A stretch of 64,000 nucleotides of DNA from NCBI GenBank assembly GCA_963720465.1, contig OY970393.1, positions 64,001-128,000 on the forward strand, in the 5' to 3' direction. Below are positions 40,434 to 51,606 of this stretch, in pieces; positions within the stretch are counted from its first letter, which is position 1, and each line of letters starts with the position of its first letter. Made by a program: the position numbers and the translations under genes. The DNA comes from Methanobacteriota archaeon. GTDB lineage: Archaea; Halobacteriota; Bog-38; Methanoflorentales; Methanoflorentaceae. The notes below the pieces were generated by a model. That model was not told the DNA's origin. It ran no database searches and worked only from the letters and a program-made list of their open reading frames with translations.

Positions 40434-42072
40434 TTAGTACTCATCGAGGTATTTTTGCTCGCGATGTGAGTCCGTTTTGCGCATTTCCTCGTGATTGCCT
40501 GCACGTTGTTTACCGCCGCGCTTAACGGGCAATTCTGAAGGTGAATCACCCTGATTTTCAGATGGAGAGTGCGACGCGTCTAAACTAACCGGCATCTTGC
40601 GCGCTGAAATCGGTTGACGTACGGGCGTCTCCCCGCTGTTTAATCCTTGCGCTATTTGTAATGCGGTTTTTACCGTTGGGGCATCCTTTTTGGCATCCAT
40701 TAGAAACGCAAGTTCGTCGGCAGTGAGATGCAGTGCTGCCGTTATGCCTGCCGGGTTCCTCTCTGCAAGCTCTTTGTACAGTGGAATAGTATCTTGCCGC
40801 GCTTTGGTGACTGAGATGTGGTTTGCGGTGCCGATTTTAGTTGCCACCGCGTCCCTCAAAGCGCGTTTAGACCGTGTCTGCCCGAGGCGCATCCAGTGCG
40901 TTGGTGGGGAGTATTTGGCCGCGGCAGCGCGTTGTCCACGGTTTTTGCGGCTCACTACGTTCACTCCCGAGGTCATCAGTTCGGCGGCATATCTCCATAG
41001 GCCGTAGTTTTGTCTCTTTCGCGTTCTTCCGAGGTAGATATCAGCTCGACGCAGTACCCTGAAATGCGCGAGCGAGGCCCCCATCTTTCAAGGAACGTGG
41101 GAGGTTTTCGTCTACCCAGTGGATAAGGTCTTCAGGCGTCTGATCGACCCTGTACGAAATAGTGAGGGGCTTGATCATGTCGGTGTCGCTAAAAATGCTT
41201 CTCATTAGGTCGAATGGGGATTGGGCGCGATCGCGAGATGCGGTTTCCACCTGTGCCCCTCCGACGTATGCTTGAAAGTCGGTTATCGCCGATCTCAGAT
41301 CTCCTTTAGCGTTCTTCACGATCTTTTGAATGGAGACCATGTCGACAGCACTCAGCGATCGGCCAATGTCCGAGAGCGTCTCGCGTAGCGTCTCTAGGTC
41401 GCGCACCGAATCGATGAGAATCTCAAGATCAGCGGTGATCGCCTCCAGTTCTCCCGCATCTCGTGAAGCCCCCTCAGGCTGCTCGATCCGGGTCATCAAG
41501 TCAGCAACGCCCTCGCGGGCGTGCGAAACCTCTCTCCTCTCGTTGTGCCAGATATCTACCAGCGCTTTTTGCGCACTTTCCTCCGTGATGGCGAAAAAAG
41601 CGATGAGTTTGCAGCGTCCACGTAGTGTCGACGATACATCGTGCAGGTCGTTGGCCGTCAGAATCACAGGCTCGCGCGTTTTTTTTACCAGCTCGGTCAC
41701 TGCTTTTGCCCCGCCGCGATCAGAATTGCCGTGCAGATTGTCAATTTCGTCAAGCAGTATTAGCTTCTGAGCATTTTGGAGTGACGCGTTTCGTGATGCC
41801 GCTCCTACCGTCGCGTTAATAGTTCCTTGAGTACGCTTGTCACTGGCATTAAGCTCGAGCAACTGCCACCCCATGTCGTTTGCCAACGCGACTGCCGAGG
41901 ACGTTTTGCCGGTGCCGGGCTTGCCGTATAACAATGCTGCCGTTTTCTCTGCCGGCCAGTTCAGTGCCCATTTGCGGAGCTCTTCCACGGCTTTGTGATT
42001 GCCTCTCACTTCTGAGAGAGTCCGCGGACGGTATTTTTCAACTAGGTCCATAGAATCAAGCGTAGAAATCAA
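40434..42072 (-). CDS. rfcL: replication factor C large subunit (split by one extra G at ~41058, probably an assembly error)
   Basis: VEKYRP, GKPGTGKTS, ELNASD, DEIDNL, GDLRSA; rejoined frame AFQVLRRADIYLGR..NYGLWRYA. Confidence 0.9.
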
Positions 42073-42123
42073 GAGATAGGGCGGTATAAGGATATAAGAA
42101 CACCCTGTGCCTATTAATGTTTT

Positions 42124-43104
42124 GTGAACGACATGAACCTAGACGAATTGGCTCAGTCGCTTCGTGACTTTGAAGGCATCGCAAGGAAGCGCTCAATCGG
42201 TTCGCTTGTGAAGTGGTTTGACGAGGACCTCAGCACAGGAAACTTTGGCGAGGATGCTGCGGTAATCGAGCGAGGCGACGAGTCTCTGCTTATAGCCGCT
42301 GATGGCATCTGGTCGAAGCTTATGGATGCGGACCCTGAATGGGCGGGATACTGCGCCGTTCTTGTGAATATTCACGACATTTTAGCTATGGGGGGGGCCC
42401 CGCTTGCGATGGTCGACGTGTTCTCTGCCAACTCGCCCGACGTCTGCAATCGGGTTCTGGCAGGTATGAGCGAAGCGATAAAAAAATTTGGTGTGCCGGT
42501 CGTTGGTGGGCACGTGCATCCGGACACGGTTTATAACGCACTTGATGTCGCTATCATAGGCACTGCACGGACCGATTCGATCATTTACAGCTGCAAGGCG
42601 CGTGATGGGCAAGATGTTCTCGCTGCGATAGATTTGGACGGTAGGGTACACCCATCGTGCAGTCTCTGTTGGGACACAACCACAATGAAGCACCCGGAGC
42701 TGCTGCGCAAGCAGCTCGAGACGATGAAGCGCGTCGGGGAACAGCACTTGGCCGAGGCTGCGAAAGACATTAGCAATCCAGGCTTGCTCGGCACACTCGG
42801 AATGATGCTCGAAGTGTCGGAAGTTGGCGCTGTCATAGAATTGGAACGGATACCCATCCCTGAGGGCATGGATATGCACCTGTGGCTGCGCATGTATCCC
42901 GGGATGGGATTTTTGTTGACAGCCGAACCTGAGCACGTGCAAGAGGTGACACGCATCTTTGAAGAGGCCGGCATGCAAGCAGCGAAAATCGGCGAGATCA
43001 CCGGAACGAAAAAGCTGGAGATCACGAACAACGCCGAAAGTGTGGTTGTGTGGGATTTTGCTCAAGACACGATTATGGGTATCGGTCCCGTTACGTGCAG
43101 ATAG
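42124..43104 (+). CDS. methanogenesis marker protein 2 (AIR synthase-like)
   Basis: GEDAAVI, WAGYCAVLVNIHD, GGHVHPD, KDISNPG. Confidence 0.88.
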   Translation: MNDMNLDELAQSLRDFEGIARKRSIGSLVKWFDEDLSTGNFGEDAAVIERGDESLLIAADGIWSKLMDADPEWAGYCAVLVNIHDILAMGGAPLAMVDVFSANSPDVCNRVLAGMSEAIKKFGVPVVGGHVHPDTVYNALDVAIIGTARTDSIIYSCKARDGQDVLAAIDLDGRVHPSCSLCWDTTTMKHPELLRKQLETMKRVGEQHLAEAAKDISNPGLLGTLGMMLEVSEVGAVIELERIPIPEGMDMHLWLRMYPGMGFLLTAEPEHVQEVTRIFEEAGMQAAKIGEITGTKKLEITNNAESVVVWDFAQDTIMGIGPVTCR

Positions 43105-43165
43105 TCCTCAGCGGTGCTAAGGCGTAAAAAAGTGAGTCGGTAAAAAATAGGCAAAAAAGGTGGGA

Positions 43166-43188
43166 GATAAGGCAAAAAATGCCTTATC
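43166..43188 (-). terminator. hairpin plus oligo-T downstream of mvhA
   Basis: GATAAGGCA-aaaaa-TGCCTTATC followed by T runs on the minus strand. Confidence 0.65.
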
Positions 43189-43202
43189 GGTTCTAATTTT
43201 AT

Positions 43203-44624
43203 CTAGTAGTTGGTGTACGTTCTGGTCCTTCCGTCGGGTCCAACAAGTTCAAGTTTGACTGGCCAACGTCCGTCAATCGTGTGGGTTGCACACGAGAAGC
43301 ACGGGTCGTAAGCACGGATGACCATTTCAAGCCGATTGAGTAATCCTTCCTGTGGTTCGCCGTCCTTTATCAGGAGTTTCGCAGCCTCGCGAACCCCTAA
43401 ATCCATCGCTCCTTGGTTGTGACCGGTCGAAACGATCAGGTTGGCGTTCGTTATGAAGCCCTCATCGTTTGTGGTGTACTCGTGGATGAGCGTCCCTCTC
43501 GGCGCTTCGATAACACCAACGCCAGTCGCCGCTCGTACTTCGGGCTTTGCCCAAACGTCTGTGCTGGTTATGTCTGGATCGTTTAGGAGTTCAACAGCAC
43601 GTTCGCTAGCGTACATCAGCTCAATAAGCCTTGCGTAGTGATAGAGTAACGTCTGCTGTGGCATTCTCCCAAAAGCGGCTCTGAAGTCCGTGAGCATATC
43701 GTTGGCTAGCGGTGTTGAAATCTTGTCACACACGTTTATACGGGCCAGGGGCGCAACGCGATAGATGCCATCAGGCCAGCCCTTCTCCTTCCAATACGGG
43801 AATTTCAGGTACGACCAATCCTGGTAATTCTCCTGAATGTAGTCCGCGTATTTGGTGGGATCAAACTCCTTAATAATAGAGCCGTCTGTATCCATCATGC
43901 GAAGCGTTCCGTCGTAGAGCTCGAGGTTTCCGTCCTTGACTAAGCCCATCATCGGGGTATTGACGACTCCGAGAATTTTTATGACATCCATATACTGCTC
44001 AAATAGCGGAGCAGCCACTTCTAAGCCAAGTTTTGTGAATTCAATCGAGTCCTGGGCGTCCTTGAGCATCTTCTGCCGCTGGTCCTCGGTAATCCCCTTA
44101 GTGAGTCCTCCAGGCTTTGCGGTGACAGGTGCGGCTCTTCCACCAACGGCCCTTATCATCTCTTGGCCTCGTTTTCTGTTGAGGACAACTTGTGTTGCAA
44201 GCTCAGGATTTGCTTCAATCACTCCAAAGACGTTCCGCTTCTTTGGATCGCCATCGGGCGTGAATATGAGGTCCGGCGCGGCAAGGTAAAAGAAGTGCAG
44301 CGTGTGGCTGTGTATCATCTGTCCCATGTGCATAAGCTCCCGGAGTAGCGCAGCGGGACGTGGGATCTCAACGCCAAAGGTGTTGTCAGCTGCTTTCGCC
44401 GAAGCGAGGTGATGGCTGACAGGACATATGCCACAAATGGCCGTCACGATTCTCTGGGCGTCTTCTATAGGTCTCCCTTGTAGGAGTTTTTCAAAGCCAC
44501 GCATCTCGACGATGTGCAAGTGTGCATCGTCTACCTGTCCTGCGTCGTTAATGTTTACTGTAACCTTTGCGTGACCTTCGATTCTCGATACGGGCTCTAT
44601 AGTGATTTTCTTTCCCATATTCAT
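43203..44624 (-). CDS. mvhA: F420-non-reducing [NiFe]-hydrogenase large subunit (group 3c)
   Basis: EPVSRIEGH, ICGICP, EAPRGTL.H, YDPCFSCATH (Cys form) plus C-terminal extension. Confidence 0.93.
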   Translation of the reverse strand: MNMGKKITIEPVSRIEGHAKVTVNINDAGQVDDAHLHIVEMRGFEKLLQGRPIEDAQRIVTAICGICPVSHHLASAKAADNTFGVEIPRPAALLRELMHMGQMIHSHTLHFFYLAAPDLIFTPDGDPKKRNVFGVIEANPELATQVVLNRKRGQEMIRAVGGRAAPVTAKPGGLTKGITEDQRQKMLKDAQDSIEFTKLGLEVAAPLFEQYMDVIKILGVVNTPMMGLVKDGNLELYDGTLRMMDTDGSIIKEFDPTKYADYIQENYQDWSYLKFPYWKEKGWPDGIYRVAPLARINVCDKISTPLANDMLTDFRAAFGRMPQQTLLYHYARLIELMYASERAVELLNDPDITSTDVWAKPEVRAATGVGVIEAPRGTLIHEYTTNDEGFITNANLIVSTGHNQGAMDLGVREAAKLLIKDGEPQEGLLNRLEMVIRAYDPCFSCATHTIDGRWPVKLELVGPDGRTRTYTNY

Positions 44625-45532
44625 TACCTCTTTTCGGTGACCTTCGCCTTAATAAGTGAAACAGGCAGCGTATAACGATAGAAGGTGCCCACTGGATCAT
44701 AGACGTCCTTTACCATCTCGTCTAAGTCGACTGAGGAGTCCTCATCTAAACCGTATGCTGATGCGACTACGTTAAGCATCGCTGCACCCTGTTCATATGA
44801 AGACGCTGTTGGTCCATAGCAGCCTGTACACGGCGCATTGACTTGTGGACATTGCGCGCCGCACCCGCTACGCGTTGCGGGCCCCATACACATGAATCCT
44901 TGGTTAAGCAGACATTCGACAGGTTCCCCGTTTGCTTCAATTGGCCGCTTGATATCGGTTATCCTCTTCTCCTTCCTCTCTCGGGGACAGTCCTCACAAA
45001 CGTTTTTATTGCTTAATTGAGGTTCTTCGCCCTTTAGAAGTGCGGTAAGAACCTCCGCGATGAGGAACGCATCTGGCGGACATCCGGGGATGAAATAGTC
45101 AACCTTTATGACGTCTGAGACAGGTCTAAGTGTCTCAAAGAGCTTTGGAAGCTCTGGTGATGTCGGAATCTGTTGATCAGGAGCGGTGGACGTCGATGTC
45201 TTAACTGCTTGTTTGATGTCTGACATTGCATTGACGTTATTAACACCTGGTATGCCACCGAACGCTGCACAACTGCCGAGCGCAACTACGATGTCTGAGG
45301 TCTCGCGCACTTTCTTAGCAACGTGCTCGTTGTCTTCATTGCGAATGCCACCAGTCAGAATGCCGACCGTAGTATGTTGATCAAAGTCCTTAATGTCCAT
45401 TAGCACTGGAATGCGAACAAACTCTATAGCTTGTAGTACGTCTAGAATCGTTTCGTGCAGGTCGAGAACGGCTATCTCGCAACCAGAACAAACGCATAGC
45501 CAGTCCTCTTGGACCTTTACCTTATCTCCCAT
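44624..45532 (-). CDS. mvhG: F420-non-reducing hydrogenase small subunit
   Basis: CSGCE, GSCAAFGG, PGCPP, VCEDC..CMGPATRSGCGAQCP. Confidence 0.93.
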   Translation of the reverse strand: MGDKVKVQEDWLCVCSGCEIAVLDLHETILDVLQAIEFVRIPVLMDIKDFDQHTTVGILTGGIRNEDNEHVAKKVRETSDIVVALGSCAAFGGIPGVNNVNAMSDIKQAVKTSTSTAPDQQIPTSPELPKLFETLRPVSDVIKVDYFIPGCPPDAFLIAEVLTALLKGEEPQLSNKNVCEDCPRERKEKRITDIKRPIEANGEPVECLLNQGFMCMGPATRSGCGAQCPQVNAPCTGCYGPTASSYEQGAAMLNVVASAYGLDEDSSVDLDEMVKDVYDPVGTFYRYTLPVSLIKAKVTEKR

Positions 45533-46299
45533 TTATGAGTCACCTCGTGTCTGAATTCCGGAAAAGCAGTGAGAGTCAATGATGAGGTCAAATATATCAT
45601 GACCTCTCGGAGAAATGCAAAATTGTCTCACACTCTTGACCCACTTGTATCTTGGCTTCCTCTATATAAAATATTTTGAGTGAAGTCACTCATGAAGTTC
45701 AATTCAAAAATATTCCTTACAGAGGCGCAGAAACTGCTATCACTTTTAACTAGTAATTTATATGAAATTACTAATATATAAGCTTGTTTTGCCTGATTTG
45801 AGGGACGTGAGGCGCTACCTCCTCTCTCGGCTCCTCGAGTCCGCCTAGCGTTCCACTCATTGCGCGTCCGTGCGCACGCGATCCGGGCTTAGACCGCTCA
45901 GAAACCCCTTGGCGCAATGTGTACTCACGCGGGGGTCTTTGCAGCAGCTTTATCATCTGCGAGAGAGATATATATAATTGTATATATTTTAAAGAATATT
46001 TTAAAGATATTATGCACAGAGAATTGGGTGAACGCGTTTGTCTTGGCGTTCGCCTAAAAATGAATTTGATTTGTTTTATTAAAGTAAATAATATATAATC
46101 ATACTAAATAACATATGAATGCTGGTGCACGAGGAACGGCTGGTGCTGTTTTCGGCGCGCCAAACAAAGTAATAGGTAGGTTTGAAGAACGACCAAATGG
46201 CTTCGATAGTTGAACTAAATAATAAGCCTTTTATATTAAATATCTCGAACCTACGTGCGAATAGTCGACTTTTTAGTAGACATTAGGCTGGTGAAATAA
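45533..46299. promoter_or_regulatory. divergent AT-rich promoter region for mvhGA and the fwd-hdr operon
   Basis: TATA-like tracts (tatataaaa ~45664, ttttatattaaa ~46229) between divergent operons. Confidence 0.5.
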
Positions 46300-46530
46300 G
46301 TGACATTTGCGTTACATATAGAAAAAACTTGCACTGGCTGCAACAACTGCGTCGTGGCGTGTCCTGTTAACGCGCTTGAACTCGTCGTTGATGACCCTGC
46401 TACGGCCAAGAAGACGTACAAAGTGCAGGGCGGCAAATCCATAACCCTAGACGAGGACGTCTGCGAAGCGTGTGGCGTTTGCCTTCAGGCTTGTCCACGA
46501 GATTGCATCCAGCTAACTGGACAGGGATAA
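46300..46530 (+). CDS. fwdG: FwdG-like 2x[4Fe-4S] protein
   Basis: CTGCNNCVVACP, CEACGVCLQACP. Confidence 0.75.
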   Translation: MTFALHIEKTCTGCNNCVVACPVNALELVVDDPATAKKTYKVQGGKSITLDEDVCEACGVCLQACPRDCIQLTGQG

Positions 46531-46546
46531 AAGGAGGGAATGAGCT

Positions 46547-47660
46547 TTGGCTTTGTTTCCGATATACTCTAAGAGAACCGAAGGACGAAAATCGATCATA
46601 GAACAAAAGACGCTGGTACAGGCCCTCGACCTCGCCCTTGATATGGAGCGATGTACTGGCTGCGGCATTTGCAAAGAGGTATGCCCAGAAGAGGCGATTG
46701 AGAAAGGTCCAGTCGGAGCCGTGGGATTTAAAGAGATGGAAGTCCCCGAGATGGTCTTCGACGAGAAAAAGTGTTCATACTGCGGCGTATGCGTGGAGTT
46801 GTGTCCATTTACTGCGCTAAAGCTCACCGAAAATGGTGAGCCGAAGACCGATCTCATTGACCAGCAGGGCTTCCCACACTACGTGAAGGTAGCCGAAATA
46901 AACCTCGACACGTGCGTGAGATGCAAGGTATGCGAAGAGATGTGTCCGCGCGACAACGCCATAGAGCGAAACGTGCCAGAGGTCACTGAGCGACAGCAAG
47001 CCATCACGTACACCGCTGATATGCAACTCGACGAGGACCCGGGAAGCGAGAACAAGTGCACCTACTGCGGCCTTTGCGGTGAGATCTGTGATGCGCTGAC
47101 AGTGGAGCACAAAGAGGCGACTCCCATCAACGTCGAAGCGAGTGGAGAAGTGAAGTTTGAATCTTCAAAGTGCGACGGGTGCAAGATTTGCGAAGAGATC
47201 TGCCCGACAGATTCAATCAAGGTCGATCGGACGATCACTGAGGCGAAGCTCCTAGGTGAGGTCACAATCAACAAAGATGAGTGCATGGACCTGTACGTGG
47301 TGTGCAAAGACGTGCCCCATCGAGAACACGATTGACATCAAGAAGATCTTTGAAGGCTCGATCAACATAAAGACGGAAAACTGCCCGGCAGGATGTACTG
47401 CGTGTGTGGAGATCTGTCCGTGTAACGCACTGTATTTGCCGCCTCAAAAAGAGCCCGGAGAGATAGCAACAAAGCTTGAAGTGAATGATGATTTCTGCAC
47501 GCTCTGCGGTGCTTGTGTGAACGTTTGTCCGGTTGCCAACACGATCGAGGTCAAGCGTGACGTGATACACATCGAAGGCACGGAGACGGACCTTTACAAG
47601 AAGACGGCTGGCAAGATGATGGAGCTTAAGACTCCGACGATCGAAAAGTTGGGAGCGTAA
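46547..47660 (+). CDS. fwdF: polyferredoxin FwdF (split by one extra G at ~47287)
   Basis: eight CxxCxxC motifs once atg[g]acc is rejoined as DECMTCTWCAKTCP. Confidence 0.85.
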
Positions 47661-47663
47661 ACG

Positions 47664-48221
47664 ATGGCTAGCGAAGGTATGAGAGATCCAAAGCACTACC
47701 AGCTTGGAAAGACTCAATTTGACCCCGATCTCATCAAAGAGGTCGTAGCCCTCGGTGGCAAGAACGCACAAATGTGCTATCAGTGCGGAACGTGCACTGC
47801 AAGCTGTCCGATGGGCCAGAGAAGCGGGCTTAGGGTAAGAACTGTGATGAGAAAGGCCAATCTCGGCATGAGGGACGTCCTCGACGATCCAGACCTCTGG
47901 CTGTGCACGACGTGTTACACGTGCTCAGACCGCTGTCCGCGGAGAATAATGGCGACGGATGCCATCATCGCGCTCCGCAATATCGCGACACGCGAGAAGA
48001 AAGTGCCGATGAGCATGATAAAGATCATGGGCGCGATCAGCAAGACGGGTCACGGAGTGCCGAACAATGAGGCCAATATGAAAAATCGCGTCAAGGTGGG
48101 ACTGCCCGAGAACCCCCCGACGACACACACGTACCCGGAGTACATTAAAGACATTAATAAGATACTCGAGGTTACAGGACTGCTTAAAATCAGAGAGGAG
48201 ATGGAGGCGGAAAGTCAATGA
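47664..48221 (+). CDS. hdrC: heterodisulfide reductase subunit C
   Basis: CYQCGTCTASCP, LWLCTTCYTCSDRCPR. Confidence 0.95.
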   Translation: MASEGMRDPKHYQLGKTQFDPDLIKEVVALGGKNAQMCYQCGTCTASCPMGQRSGLRVRTVMRKANLGMRDVLDDPDLWLCTTCYTCSDRCPRRIMATDAIIALRNIATREKKVPMSMIKIMGAISKTGHGVPNNEANMKNRVKVGLPENPPTTHTYPEYIKDINKILEVTGLLKIREEMEAESQ

Positions 48222-49102
48222 AGGAGTACAATTTCTTCTTAGGCTGCATCGCTCCTAACCGATATCCCGGCATTGAAGCATCATCAGTGAAGACTTCAAG
48301 GAAGTTCGATATTGAACTACGCGATTTCAAGGGAGCGTCGTGCTGCCCCGCGCCCGGTGCATTCGGGTCAATGGACGTGAATGCGTGGCTTGCGCTCGGA
48401 GCACGAAACATTTGTCTATCCGAAAAGGAAGGCAAGGATATTGCCCTCATATGTAACGGCTGTTACAAGTCGCTCTTCGAGGCGAATCATCGGCTCAAGA
48501 GCGATCCGGTGTTAAAAGCAAAGGTCAACTCGATCCTTGCAAATATTGACTACGAGTTTCAAGGGTCAGTAGAGGTACGACACCTCATCGACATCTTATA
48601 CAACGATGTCGGACCGGAGAAAGTGAAAGAGTCCGTAGAAGTGCCACTGACCGGACTGAACGTGGCCATTCACTACGGATGTCACTTGCTTAAGCCAAAG
48701 TTCGACAGAACGTTCGGCTCGAGTGAGCGACCGCGCTTCTTCGACGAGTTGGTTGAGGCGACAGGAGCCACATCGGTAGATTACAAAGAAAAGATGATGT
48801 GCTGTGGAGCGGGAGGCGGCGTTCGATCGTACAAGGTCGATCTCGCACTCGATATTTGTAACGAAAAGCTTTACAACATGACTCAAGCAGGCGCAGACGT
48901 CGTAGTAAATGTCTGCCCGTTCTGTCACCTTCAGTTGGATCGTGGGCAGGTCGAGATTAAGGAGAAGTTTGGAGACGTGTACGACCTACCGGTTCTCCAC
49001 TACAACCAGCTTCTCGGCATAGCACAGGGCATGAACCCTGACGAGCTGGGCCTTGACGCCCACGAGATAAGTGTTGAGCCACTGCTCGCAAAGATACTGT
49101 GA
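48218..49102 (+). CDS. hdrB: heterodisulfide reductase subunit B
   Basis: FLGCI, SCCPAPG, CNGC, CCGAGGG, CPFCHLQ CCG domains. Confidence 0.96.
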   Translation: MKEYNFFLGCIAPNRYPGIEASSVKTSRKFDIELRDFKGASCCPAPGAFGSMDVNAWLALGARNICLSEKEGKDIALICNGCYKSLFEANHRLKSDPVLKAKVNSILANIDYEFQGSVEVRHLIDILYNDVGPEKVKESVEVPLTGLNVAIHYGCHLLKPKFDRTFGSSERPRFFDELVEATGATSVDYKEKMMCCGAGGGVRSYKVDLALDICNEKLYNMTQAGADVVVNVCPFCHLQLDRGQVEIKEKFGDVYDLPVLHYNQLLGIAQGMNPDELGLDAHEISVEPLLAKIL

Positions 49103-49118
49103 GGAAGGAGGCACAAAA

Positions 49119-51098
49119 ATGGACGAAGAGAAGAGAATCGGCGTATTCATCTGTCACTGTGGTACTAACATCGCGGGCGTCATAGACGTTAAGGAACTGG
49201 CCGAGTACGCGAAGACCCTGCCGAACGTCGCACACGCCCAGGATTATACGTACGTGTGTTCAACGCCCGGCCAAACGATGATTAGAGACAGCATAAAGGA
49301 GCACAACCTCAACGGGACCGTCGTGGCGGCGTGCTCACCAAGGCTGCACGAACCTACGTTTAGGAAAGCGACCGAAGAGGGCGGGATAAACCCATACCTG
49401 TTTTCGATGGCGAACATCCGAGAGCAGGACACGTGGGTACACATGGAAGAGCCGGAAAAGGCACTGCAGAAGGCAAAGGATGTGGTCAGAATGGAGGTCG
49501 CGCGGGCATCAATGCTGGAGCCCCTCACTCCAAAGACTGTTCCGGTTGAAAAGGCTGCACTCGTTATCGGCGCAGGAATCGCCGGCATCCAAGCCTCACT
49601 GGAGCTTGCCGATGCGGGAATAAAGACGTATTTAGTGGAGAAGGAGCCGTCCATCGGCGGCAATATGTCCCGTCTTGACAAGACGTTCCCGACACTCGAC
49701 TGCTCGCAGTGTATCCTTACACCCAAAATGGTCGACGTTGAGCGCAATCCAAATATTGAGCTGATGACCTATTCGGAGGTCGAAGACGTAAGCGGTTACA
49801 TCGGAAACTTCGACGTTACCATTCGCCAGAAGTCGCGATATGTGTATGAAGACAAGTGTAACGGCTGTGGCAAATGCCAAGAGGTATGTCCTGTTTCACG
49901 GCCAAATGAGTTTGAACTGGGCTTAATGCCTCGAAAGGCGGCCTATGTGCCGTTCCCACAGGCAGTGCCGCTCAAGTTCACCATTGATATGGACAGCTGT
50001 ATCAAGTGTGACCTCTGCAAAGGCGAGGAAGCGTGCGGCGAACTTGAGGCAATAGACTTCGACAAGCCCGACGAGCTCGTAACGGTCAAGGTGGGCACGA
50101 TTATCGTCGCCAGCGGGTTCGATATGTACGACGTTGAGCGCAAGGAAGAATGGGGTTACAAGGTCTTCGACAACGTTGTGACTGGGATTGAGATGGAACG
50201 GTTGATCAGCGCATCTGGTCCGACAGGTGGTAACATCGTCAGACCTTCTGACGGACAGAAGCCTAAGAGCGTTGGCTTCGTGCTCTGCGCAGGCTCGCGT
50301 GATCAGGATGAAGAGGACGGTGCGAAGCCGTACTGCTCGCGTGTATGCTGCATGTACAGCTTAAAGCACGCTCACCAGTTGATCGAGAAGATCCCTGGCT
50401 GCGTGCCGTACCTGTTCTACATGGACATACGATCCTTCGGCAAGGCGTACGAGGAGTTCTACTACCGCATTCAGAACGAAGGCGGCAAGTTCATTCGAGG
50501 TCGCGTTGCGAGGATCACAGAAGATCCTGTCACGAAGAACCTCACTATCACGGCTGAGGACACGCTCCTTGGAACACCCCTCGAGATGGAGGTTGACCTG
50601 GTAGTGTTGGCAAACGCCGTAGTGCCCGCTGAGAGTACACAGAAGCTAAAGACGCTTCTGACGCTTTCAAACAGTCCCGACGGCTGGCTGCTTGAGGCGC
50701 ACCCGAAGCTTAACCCCATGTCGACGACAACTGATGGGGTGTTCTTAGCCGGGATGTGCCAAGGACCTCGAGATATTCCTGACGTCGTTGCTCACGCAGC
50801 GGCAGCAGCTGCAGCAGCATCAATCCCGATACACAAGGGATCAGTCACCCTTGAACCGATCTACGCCATTGTAGACCAGGAACACTGCGGAGGCTGCGCT
50901 ACGTGTATCGGCGTGTGCCCGTACGGTGCGACGGAGCTGAACGAAGTTGACGGCAAGCTTGTTGCGAGCGTCAATGAGGCAAAGTGCAAGGGCTGCGGAA
51001 CGTGCGGCTCAGCGTGTCCGAGTGGCGCCATAAAGATGCAACACTTCACGAATGAGCAGATTATGAGCGAAATTGAAGCGTTTGCTCAGGGGTGGTGA
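49119..51098 (+). CDS. hdrA: heterodisulfide reductase subunit A
   Basis: [42 protein letters not shown]. Confidence 0.97.
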   Translation: MDEEKRIGVFICHCGTNIAGVIDVKELAEYAKTLPNVAHAQDYTYVCSTPGQTMIRDSIKEHNLNGTVVAACSPRLHEPTFRKATEEGGINPYLFSMANIREQDTWVHMEEPEKALQKAKDVVRMEVARASMLEPLTPKTVPVEKAALVIGAGIAGIQASLELADAGIKTYLVEKEPSIGGNMSRLDKTFPTLDCSQCILTPKMVDVERNPNIELMTYSEVEDVSGYIGNFDVTIRQKSRYVYEDKCNGCGKCQEVCPVSRPNEFELGLMPRKAAYVPFPQAVPLKFTIDMDSCIKCDLCKGEEACGELEAIDFDKPDELVTVKVGTIIVASGFDMYDVERKEEWGYKVFDNVVTGIEMERLISASGPTGGNIVRPSDGQKPKSVGFVLCAGSRDQDEEDGAKPYCSRVCCMYSLKHAHQLIEKIPGCVPYLFYMDIRSFGKAYEEFYYRIQNEGGKFIRGRVARITEDPVTKNLTITAEDTLLGTPLEMEVDLVVLANAVVPAESTQKLKTLLTLSNSPDGWLLEAHPKLNPMSTTTDGVFLAGMCQGPRDIPDVVAHAAAAAAAASIPIHKGSVTLEPIYAIVDQEHCGGCATCIGVCPYGATELNEVDGKLVASVNEAKCKGCGTCGSACPSGAIKMQHFTNEQIMSEIEAFAQGW

Positions 51099-51103
51099 GA
51101 GTC

Positions 51104-51571
51104 ATGGCAGAGGAATTTGAACCAAACATCTTAGGCATACTCTGTAACTGGTGTACCTACGCGGGGGCTGACCTCGCCGGTACCTCGAGAACGCAGTACC
51201 CGCCGAACGTGCGAGTCATACGTATTATGTGTACGGGCAGACTCGATCCCGCATTCGTGCTGAAGGCCCTGAGCGTCGGAGCAGATGGCGTACTTGTGTC
51301 TGGTTGCCACGTCGGTGACTGTCACTACCTTGCAGGCAACTTCAAGTCGCGACGACGTGTTGCGCTGCTGAGAAAGCTTATCGAAGAGTACGGTTACGAC
51401 CGTGAGCGCCTGCGTATGACCTTTATATCCGCTTCAGAAGGTGCCATTTGGGCAGAGGTGGTCCAGGACATGGTCAACACCATCAAGAAACTTGGACCAA
51501 ATCCTTTGAAGCAGGTAGGTGCAGCTGGTGCAGCTGGGCAGGTAGGTGTCGTGGCGGATGACGAGTTCTGA
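51104..51571 (+). CDS. mvhD: MvhD [2Fe-2S] subunit
   Basis: [27 protein letters not shown]. Confidence 0.95.
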   Translation: MAEEFEPNILGILCNWCTYAGADLAGTSRTQYPPNVRVIRIMCTGRLDPAFVLKALSVGADGVLVSGCHVGDCHYLAGNFKSRRRVALLRKLIEEYGYDRERLRMTFISASEGAIWAEVVQDMVNTIKKLGPNPLKQVGAAGAAGQVGVVADDEF

Positions 51572-51606
51572 CCCCGCCCTAACGGCTGGAAGGAGAGTGA
51601 GAGAAC

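Noticed and set aside
41050-41085. rfcL apparently split into two genes
   Set aside because: One extra G in a GGG run explains it; essential gene; same error type elsewhere, so probably an assembly indel (check reads)
43290-43310. selenocysteine in MvhA or HdrA
   Set aside because: DPCFSC and all HdrA sites are encoded as Cys; no in-frame UGA
47256-47335. fwdF split as programmed frameshift or two-chain polyferredoxin
   Set aside because: Removing one G (atg[g]acc) restores a CxxCxxCxxxCP motif; no slippery heptamer; probably an error
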